From Candidatus Micrarchaeota archaeon CG1_02_47_40 (lineage in GTDB: Archaea; Micrarchaeota; Micrarchaeia; Anstonellales; CG1-02-47-40): 64,000 nucleotides of DNA. The number at the start of each line of letters is the position of its first letter. The stretch's first letter is position 1. The notes under the pieces were generated by a model that saw only the letters and a list, made by a program, of their open reading frames with translations, searched no databases and was not told the origin of the DNA. Both the position numbers and the translations under genes were made by a program. This document shows, piece after piece, positions 57,608 to 64,000 of the stretch. The stretch spans positions 133,343 to 197,342 of the forward strand of contig MNVE01000016.1 of assembly GCA_001871475.1 (NCBI GenBank), read 5' to 3'.

Positions 57608-59362
57608 TTACTCCTCTTCCTTGTAGTTGTAATACTCTCCTTTCTCTTTTTGCTTTCGGTCCATCACCGAATCCGGCTTGTTTATTCTCGGCCTTCCCGT
57701 ATCCTTATCCCTTCTCATTGTAACATTCATGGAGCGCAGGAAGGAGTTCATTCCCTCTTTTTTCTTCTTGGGTGCGGGTGCGTGCCCGCGCACGGAAGAT
57801 TCGCCCTCAAATACCATTAAGCGGGAAGAGATGGAATCAAGCAGGACAACGTCGTGGTCTATTACGAATGCGCTGGAAGAGGAGTTTTCCACCAGACTGC
57901 GCAGCAAATGGGAGAAATGCAGGCGCTGCTCCACATCCAAAAAAGCAGAAGGCTCGTCCAGAAGGTATAAATCCGCCTCTTGGGAGAGGCAGAATGTAAT
58001 GGCAACCCTTTGCAGCTCCCCTCCTGAAAGATGCACAATCTTCCTTTCAAGCAGTGGGGCAATCCCTAACCTTCTCTTTGCCTCCTCAAAAAATGCCGAG
58101 TTCAGCTTGCGCGAGGAGAAGAATTCCCCTACTGTGTCATTCCCGCCTGCCTTTATGTACTGTGGCTTGTAGGAGAGGGTGATTTTTGGAAGGGATGCAC
58201 CATTATCAGCTTTCTCCACTCCTGCGAGCATTTTCACAAACAGCGTTTTTCCTATTGCATTTTTTCCAGCAATGCCTATTATTTCCCCTTCCCTTATCTC
58301 CCCTTCTTCAGAGGAGAATGAGAAGCCTGGAAATTTTTTGGAGAAGGCAGGATAGGAAAGCTTTGTTCGGCTTTTCCTCTCCCCTTCGGAGGTTTGCGAG
58401 AAGTTTATTTCAGTTTCCCTAAAGCGCAGATTCTCATCCTTTAAGTATCCCTGCAAATACTCGTTTATGCCGCTTCGCGCATTCTTTGCCCCTGAAACAA
58501 CCCCGTATGCGTTCTCCTCCCCGAAAAATACATACACGTAATCCGAGAGGTAATCAAGCACTGCCAAATCGTGCTCCACCACCATCACCTGCTTTTTTTC
58601 AGACAGTTCCTTTAGCGCAAGCGCGCAAGCCAATCTTTGCTCTATATCTAGGTAGGAGGCAGGCTCGTCAAAGTAATACACGTCCGCATCGCGCAGGCAG
58701 GCGGCGGCGATTGCGACTCTCTGCAGCTCCCCGCCTGAAAGGGTGGAAACGTCCTTTTCAAGCACTTCGGAGAGGGAAAATTTCTTTACCGCTTCCTCAA
58801 AAGCGCCCCTCTCATCCACTTTTTTCAGGAGCGGTTTCACCTTTCCCTTTATTGTATCGGGTATTTTATCCACATTCTGGGGCTTGTAGGAAATGCTTTT
58901 TGAAGGGGAGGAGAGGAAGTTTTTGAGGGCGATGCCAAGAGAAGAAGGAAGAAGGGTTTTTCCTTTCTCCTTATAATTTCCGAAATTAGGCGTAATGCTT
59001 CCCGAAAGTATTTTCAGCGCGGTTGATTTTCCTATCCCATTTTTGCCTATCAGTCCCGTTACTCCCTTTTGCGGAAGGGGCAAGTTGTACAGGCGGAAGG
59101 AATTTACTCCATACTGGTGAAGAAGCGTGCCGGTTTCCTGCGCAAGGTTGATTATTTTTATGCATTTGACAGGGCATTTTTTTGGGCAGATTCCGCAGCC
59201 CGTGCAGAGGATTTCGGAAATGACTGGGAAGCCGTCCTCCCCTACTTTAATGGTTTCATCGCCCATCTTCACGCCTGGGCAGACGTTCATGCACACGTAG
59301 CCGCATTTCTTGTTCGTGCAGAGGGAGCGGTCTATTATTGCGATGCGTTTTGTTTTTTTCAT
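57608..59362 (-). CDS. Ribosome recycling ATPase ABCE1/RLI
   Basis: N-terminal FeS domain (C...KC...C...CP and CTGCGICPKKCP), two ABC domains with LSGGELQR, and RPRINK..S..DRKQK..GEYY. Confidence 0.95.
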   Translation of the reverse strand: MKKTKRIAIIDRSLCTNKKCGYVCMNVCPGVKMGDETIKVGEDGFPVISEILCTGCGICPKKCPVKCIKIINLAQETGTLLHQYGVNSFRLYNLPLPQKGVTGLIGKNGIGKSTALKILSGSITPNFGNYKEKGKTLLPSSLGIALKNFLSSPSKSISYKPQNVDKIPDTIKGKVKPLLKKVDERGAFEEAVKKFSLSEVLEKDVSTLSGGELQRVAIAAACLRDADVYYFDEPASYLDIEQRLACALALKELSEKKQVMVVEHDLAVLDYLSDYVYVFFGEENAYGVVSGAKNARSGINEYLQGYLKDENLRFRETEINFSQTSEGERKSRTKLSYPAFSKKFPGFSFSSEEGEIREGEIIGIAGKNAIGKTLFVKMLAGVEKADNGASLPKITLSYKPQYIKAGGNDTVGEFFSSRKLNSAFFEEAKRRLGIAPLLERKIVHLSGGELQRVAITFCLSQEADLYLLDEPSAFLDVEQRLHFSHLLRSLVENSSSSAFVIDHDVVLLDSISSRLMVFEGESSVRGHAPAPKKKKEGMNSFLRSMNVTMRRDKDTGRPRINKPDSVMDRKQKEKGEYYNYKEEE

Positions 59363-59438
59363 GGGAAAAACCCTTTGAGGTAAGGTATTCGCGTTTTTGT
59401 TTAAATAGTTAAGCGGGGGGGAATTTTGCGGAGGTTTA

Positions 59439-59531
59439 GTTAACATTTTTGTGAAAATTGTTAAGTCAGGTTAACAGTTTTTTGGATTTTGTTAAGTTGA
59501 GTTAATAGTTTTTGGGATTTTGTTAAGTTAA
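59439..59531. repeat. Three tandem 31-bp palindromic repeats
   Basis: GTTAACAtttttgtgaaaatTGTTAAGtcag / GTTAACAgttttttggatttTGTTAAGttga / GTTAATAgtttttgggatttTGTTAAGttaa. Confidence 0.85.
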
Positions 59532-59695
59532 AGCGCTATTCTCCTCAAAACGACCTTTTTGTCCCTTCCTTCGTCCAAAATTTCAACCGAAACGTATTCG
59601 CCCTGCTTCCAGCCCAAAATCTTTGCCTCCTGCGATAAAAAGACGGCGATTCCCTCTCCTACTTTTGAAAGCTTCTTGACGCTTTTTTGAGCCAT
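59528..59695 (-). CDS. AbrB/MazE-like small DNA-binding protein
   Basis: KKLSKVGEGIAVFLSQEAKILGWKQGEYVSVE swapped-hairpin pattern. Confidence 0.7.
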   Translation of the reverse strand: MAQKSVKKLSKVGEGIAVFLSQEAKILGWKQGEYVSVEILDEGRDKKVVLRRIAL

Positions 59696-59781
59696 GAATA
59701 AGGGATTATAGATTATTGAATTTAAACAAGCTATATAATTTATATAGGTTATGTATAAACAATAAAGCAAGAGGTGGGGGA

Positions 59782-60360
59782 ATGAGAGGGATTTTTATTT
59801 TATTGGTGATGGGCGTTCTTCTGCTGGCGACTTTTGGTTGCGTTCAAGTAGATACAAAACACGACATAAAGACAGATGGTACGGATTACACCGTTCTCAA
59901 AATTTACAAAACTGGACTACTGATGGCAGGCATCAACTGTGAATCATTCAAATCTATGGCAAGAAGTTATTCTGCAAATTTGACTCAAGAACAACTAGAT
60001 AAGATAGAAAATATGCCTTGTAGAGAAACAGATTCAGCAATCTTCTTAGAAGGCAGCATATCGCTTAATGAAAATGACAACCTGAAAGAGACAGAAAGAA
60101 ACGGTAAGACTTATTTCAGATTTGAAGAGGAGGCCAACCCCGTTATGGAAACTACTGTCAAAATGCCGAGCAAAGTTATATCGCATAATGGGCAGGTTGT
60201 AGATGATTATACTGTGATTTTCCTGCGTGGAGATGTTGGTTTGTTTGATACTGGAAAAAAAATCCGATATGTAGAAGCCGAAAAACCGTCAAATTCATGC
60301 TGTTTGCCATTAATCATAATCGGTTTTGCATCTACGTTTGTTTTTCTAAGGAAAAATTAA
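59782..60360 (+). CDS. Putative lipoprotein with a C-terminal membrane anchor (LppM-like resemblance)
   Basis: Lipobox-like TFGC, V.MP.KVISHNG motif, ends CCLPLIIIGFASTFVFLRKN. Confidence 0.65.
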   Translation: MRGIFILLVMGVLLLATFGCVQVDTKHDIKTDGTDYTVLKIYKTGLLMAGINCESFKSMARSYSANLTQEQLDKIENMPCRETDSAIFLEGSISLNENDNLKETERNGKTYFRFEEEANPVMETTVKMPSKVISHNGQVVDDYTVIFLRGDVGLFDTGKKIRYVEAEKPSNSCCLPLIIIGFASTFVFLRKN

Positions 60361-60389
60361 ACTGTTCGTAAGCAAAAGAGGTGGTTTAA

Positions 60390-60656
60390 ATGAATGGCGT
60401 TTTGTTTGTTTTAGCGTTTATTGCACTGCTTGGTTGCAGTGGACTTTTTTCCACGCCGAAATATCTATCTGAAAATGCAACTGTTTCTAAGTCAGAAGCC
60501 TTGCATTATTGCAAATCAAAGGTAGAGGAATGCACGGATGTGCCGACACTTGTCACGGCTTACAAGTCAGGTTGTGACATAACATATCAAAATACTGGAG
60601 AAAATGCTGGTACAAAAAAACTAATAGGGTATGCCAACTCTTTGTGCAAAGAATAA
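60390..60656 (+). CDS. Small Cys-containing lipoprotein
   Basis: GAGGTGG RBS, LLGC lipobox and four further Cys. Confidence 0.65.
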   Translation: MNGVLFVLAFIALLGCSGLFSTPKYLSENATVSKSEALHYCKSKVEECTDVPTLVTAYKSGCDITYQNTGENAGTKKLIGYANSLCKE

Positions 60657-60661
60657 GATAT

Positions 60662-61849
60662 TCAATACAAAAACCCCGCCAGATAAAGCGGAATCCTCCT
60701 CTCCTCAAATGTTATGCCCTCCTCAAAAATAAAGTCCGGGTTCTGCCTGAAATTCTTTGAGCTTCCGCCTATCTCAATTTTCTTCCCGCCAAAGAGGAAA
60801 TCCGGGGTTTTCTCCCCTCTTTTTCCCTTCAGGTAGCAGGTCTTTTCAGCATGGGAAACGAAAAATTCCTCGCGCAGCGAGCCTGCGTCGGGAGAAACCG
60901 ACAGTGAGGAGCAGATGAAGTGCCGCAGGGGCGGCGCAAGGTAAAGCTTCGGCTCCTTTCTTGCCGCTGCCTTGCCGCAGGGAAGGACTCGTAAAACCAC
61001 GCCGATTTTCACAAGGCAGTCTATGGCGCTTATTACCGAAGGTTTTGAAAGTGAAACCTTTGAGGCAAGGGAGGAATAGCTTGCCTCTCCTGGAGGGGAA
61101 AGGGCGATTCGCTGAATGAGTTTGTAAAGCTCCTGCTCCGTCGCAACCTCAATCCCGCGCAAGTAAGCCATGTCCATCCTTATGGTCTTGTCAAGGGCGC
61201 TTTCAACCGCCTTATAGAAAAACTGCTCGTCGGAAGAAGGATAAAGCAATCCTCCCAATCTGCAATATTCCGCAAAAAAAGCCGCCGTGGAACTTGTTTT
61301 TTCTATAATCTCTTTTCTCTTTTGAAAATCGAACAATTCCGCTTGAGGTATTGCTTCGTGCGGCATTCCTTTTTTTATTGCAAGATATTCGCGGAAGGAA
61401 AGGGGGTTGAGCTTGTAAATGAGCGCCCTGCGCGAGAGGTCCGCCCCTCCACGTATCTCAAGCGCGGATGAGCCTGAAAAGAAAACCCTGGCAAGCCCTT
61501 CATCATACGCGGTTTTGAGGCTTTCTTTCCATTCCTTTTTGTAATGTATTTCATCTATGAAGAGATTTTTGTAGCCCCGCTCGGAGCAGAATCTTATAAG
61601 CTCGTATAAATCCTCTCCTGCAAGGTAATGCGCGTCTGCAGAGAGGTATAGGGGATTTTGCGCCTTTCCGGCAAGCTGTAAGAGAAGCACTGTCTTTCCT
61701 ATCCCCCGAAGCCCGCATACTCCGCAGAAGAAGCCTTCAGGCACCCTGGCAAGAGTATTGTAAAGGTATCGTTTGTGTGGGTATTTCACAGCTTCGTTTA
61801 TCAGGTTGCGGCTGTTAATCAGCACTCTTGAGAAAAGAGCTTCGTCCAT
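60662..61849 (-). CDS. AAA_14 / DUF4143-type ATPase with winged helix and PD-(D/E)xK-like tail
   Basis: GLRGIGKT, LFIDEIH, FSGSS, LNPLSFREYL, KLYL, LREEFF and PDF....IEIGG motifs. Confidence 0.85.
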   Translation of the reverse strand: MDEALFSRVLINSRNLINEAVKYPHKRYLYNTLARVPEGFFCGVCGLRGIGKTVLLLQLAGKAQNPLYLSADAHYLAGEDLYELIRFCSERGYKNLFIDEIHYKKEWKESLKTAYDEGLARVFFSGSSALEIRGGADLSRRALIYKLNPLSFREYLAIKKGMPHEAIPQAELFDFQKRKEIIEKTSSTAAFFAEYCRLGGLLYPSSDEQFFYKAVESALDKTIRMDMAYLRGIEVATEQELYKLIQRIALSPPGEASYSSLASKVSLSKPSVISAIDCLVKIGVVLRVLPCGKAAARKEPKLYLAPPLRHFICSSLSVSPDAGSLREEFFVSHAEKTCYLKGKRGEKTPDFLFGGKKIEIGGSSKNFRQNPDFIFEEGITFEERRIPLYLAGFLY

Positions 61850-61888
61850 GCTTTTCTTTTGCAAGCGAGAGTATTTAAATGTTGCGTT

Positions 61889-62017
61889 TTGTAAAGCAGA
61901 CTTAACAAAATGTCAGCATATTGTAAAGCAGAATTGACAAAATGAAGGAAAGGAGTGCTGATTGTAAAGTAGAGCTTACAAAATGCAGGCTTATTGTAAA
62001 GCAGGCTTGACAAATTG
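61889..62017. repeat. Four 24-bp imperfect palindromic repeats upstream of the AAA ATPase gene
   Basis: TTGTAAAGcaga.ttgACAAAATG consensus starting at 61889, 61921, 61962 and 61994 (periods 32, 41, 32). Confidence 0.85.
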
Positions 62018-62019
62018 CA

Positions 62020-63057
62020 TTACCGTATCTTGAACCTTAGAATTGCCGCCAGCCCGCTAAAGCCGGCTAATTTCTCGCCAGGAGGGGTTTCCTCGGAGAA
62101 GATGTGCAATTTTGCGCCTGCCTTTTCCGCCCCCTCAACTATTTTTTCAACATCCTTTCTTTTGCGCAAAACGGAATCCAACACAAGTAAATCGGAAATG
62201 GCAGAGTATTCTATTGCTTTTTTAACATCCTCAACGCCCCAGGCTGCCAGCCCCTTCTCCCTTGCAACGTATTCGGTGAATTTTTCTATTAACTGCGACT
62301 GCAGTTCTATCTCGTTTTCCTGCGCAATTTTTGCAACTGTTCCTCTTGCCAGCAGTTCGGAAATGCCGCTTCTCTCCGCATAGGAAACGGAATCAAATGT
62401 TATGCGTTTCAGCAGTTGCGGCGCCTTCATGGAAATAAACTTTTTTATATTATCTTTTGTAAATCCCGGCCCTGCGATGATTATTTTCTCTGCTTTTGCC
62501 TTTTCCAGCAATGCCATGATATTTCCATAATACTCGCTTTGTTTTTGGGAAAATTTTTCATCCCTTTTGGAAGCCCTGCTTTCTATTTCCACGCCCCAGG
62601 AGATGCCTATTCCGGTAAGGGTTGCAAAAAGCGCCTTCTCATCATCAAGCACAAGCATTTCCACTTTGGGCTTTTTTGACTCGCGCACCGCTTTCTTTAA
62701 TCTCTCTATTTGGTAATTCTTCCACTCCTTTTTTATTGAGAAGGGAAAGCCCGTCTCCACATCAATTGTGTGGTATTGCCCCCTCTGCACGTATTCTTCA
62801 GGGGTGCCGGAGATGATTTTTCCGGTAATGCGCAGTCTGTTTAATTCCTGCGAGAACTCTATTTTCTCCGCTTCAAGCTCTATATCTACCATTACCTTCT
62901 GCCCTGCGTCGTTCTCCGAGGGCTTCCAGCGCCTCCATGTCTTTGAGAGGATATGGTCGGGGCTAACAAGGACTCGCTCTATATGGTAGAGGTCTTCTGT
63001 GTTTTCGGGAATGAGTTTCAGTATCCCTTCCCTGAGGTTGGTTTTCAGTATTTTCAT
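62020..63057 (-). CDS. pelA: mRNA surveillance protein pelota
   Basis: PENTEDLYH, RLRITGKI, GQYHT, IAGPGFTK, and C-terminal GEKLAGFSGLAAILRF. Confidence 0.95.
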   Translation of the reverse strand: MKILKTNLREGILKLIPENTEDLYHIERVLVSPDHILSKTWRRWKPSENDAGQKVMVDIELEAEKIEFSQELNRLRITGKIISGTPEEYVQRGQYHTIDVETGFPFSIKKEWKNYQIERLKKAVRESKKPKVEMLVLDDEKALFATLTGIGISWGVEIESRASKRDEKFSQKQSEYYGNIMALLEKAKAEKIIIAGPGFTKDNIKKFISMKAPQLLKRITFDSVSYAERSGISELLARGTVAKIAQENEIELQSQLIEKFTEYVAREKGLAAWGVEDVKKAIEYSAISDLLVLDSVLRKRKDVEKIVEGAEKAGAKLHIFSEETPPGEKLAGFSGLAAILRFKIR

Positions 63058-63494
63058 AGGAATTGCACTTTGAGTCTTTTTTCTATTTCACTGAAGAATT
63101 TTTCCGCAGTTTCTATCGCGCTTTTTGCCTCATATTCTGAAATTGAGCCTGCCTTCTCATAAACTGAAATGTGCCGCTTCTTCCTCATCTGCTCGAAAAG
63201 CCTTGTTTCGTTTGGAAGTTTTGCGCCTAATTTTACCTCTGCGTATTCCACTGCCGTTTTGTGCGGCTCATCCCCTTTTGCGGCGTAACCCTCCGCAAAC
63301 ATGAGCGCCCTTGTTGATTGCAGCATTGCATTGTATGCGACTGAAAAAGCCCAGTCGCAGTCCTCTGAAAGCAGCTTCTTGGCGGTTTTTATGTCCCTTT
63401 TGGCAGCAGTTAGGCATTCCTGTGCCTGCTGTAAATCTGGCTTTATCTGCCTTGCCTTGTTCTCACGAAGCAAATCGCTTAAATTCATCCTCAT
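63054..63494 (-). CDS. HEPN-domain protein
   Basis: A..DI.TA, WAFSVAYNAML...RAL...GY, H...V and RKKRHISVY (R-x4-Y) motifs. Confidence 0.85.
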   Translation of the reverse strand: MRMNLSDLLRENKARQIKPDLQQAQECLTAAKRDIKTAKKLLSEDCDWAFSVAYNAMLQSTRALMFAEGYAAKGDEPHKTAVEYAEVKLGAKLPNETRLFEQMRKKRHISVYEKAGSISEYEAKSAIETAEKFFSEIEKRLKVQFL

Positions 63495-64000
63495 CGCCTA
63501 TCAGCATTATTTTTTTATCTGCAAGCACCCTGCGCAAAAAACCCTCCTTCTTTCTCCGGAGGAATTCCGCCGATGGGTAGATGGAGTAGTTTATTTCCCT
63601 AGCTGTTTTTCTTTCTATCTTTTGCACGAGGCGGCTTATTTCATCCATTTTCGCATCGCCTATAATCATTAAATCTATGTCGCTTTTCGCCCCCTCGTCG
63701 CCTCTTGCTGCCGAGCCGTATATAAACGCAAAATGCGCACCGCCGATTTTTGCAAACTCATCCACAAGCTGGCTTCCAAGCCCTTCCGTTTTGAGAATTA
63801 TGCGTCTTAATTCCTCATAAAGCGGGTTCTGCCTGTTTGCGGAGTAATAAATGAGGTTGCCTTCCCTTCTGGTTACTAAAAAGCCTCCTTCCTGGAGATT
63901 TTTCAGTTCTGCCCAAACCTCATTAGTCTGCGCAGAGAGCGCCCTTGCAAGAGAGCGCGCGTAAAAACTGCCGTGCGGATTCGTAAAGAAAACAGATAGG
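63463..64000 (-). CDS. Winged-HTH plus MNT antitoxin, 5' end outside the window
   Basis: Frame is open to the window edge (LSVFFTNP..FYARSLAR...ELKNL..GFL..RREGNLIYY). Contains IYGSAARG....SDIDL. Confidence 0.85.
   Translation of the reverse strand, partial: LSVFFTNPHGSFYARSLARALSAQTNEVWAELKNLQEGGFLVTRREGNLIYYSANRQNPLYEELRRIILKTEGLGSQLVDEFAKIGGAHFAFIYGSAARGDEGAKSDIDLMIIGDAKMDEISRLVQKIERKTAREINYSIYPSAEFLRRKKEGFLRRVLADKKIMLIGDEDEFKRFAS

Noticed and set aside
61889-62017. CRISPR array
   Set aside because: Gaps of 8-17 nt are too short for spacers, the repeats are degenerate, and no cas genes are in the window. The same applies to 59439-59531.

Overview
Chromosomal fragment of an archaeon, most likely a DPANN Micrarchaeota-type organism. 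This is inferred from a ~390-aa three-unit (epsilon2-like) tRNA splicing endonuclease, Cdc6, CDC48, Bud32, pelota, ABCE1, Taw1, class III signal-peptide pilins and TATA-type promoters. Housekeeping and biosynthetic genes (purC, DGGGP synthase-like, dys, glmS, aroC, pheA, gdh, pgk) alternate with accessory blocks: five toxin-antitoxin-type pairs, a copper-handling locus, surface proteins, and an intein with LAGLIDADG motifs in CDC48. Three things stand out. (1) Two tightly packed clusters of large orphan proteins (30852-39204 and 47897-56895) each include a protein with a C-terminal run of amphipathic beta-strands resembling a membrane beta-barrel. One cluster also encodes a pre-toxin-TG-like hydrophobic hairpin, so together they are a candidate host-contact, pore or effector-delivery system. 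(2) A family of dispersed palindromic elements shows covarying stems and C-GAA-G loops. They form hairpin arrays (45131-45413, 46509-46700) and also sit in-frame inside a RelE toxin gene and the 5' end of copA. (3) Degenerate 'echo' copies of gene 3' ends recur, as do palindrome arrays with ~31-32-bp spacing. No tRNA, rRNA, CRISPR array or transposase was recognised. All calls are by eye, with no database searches.
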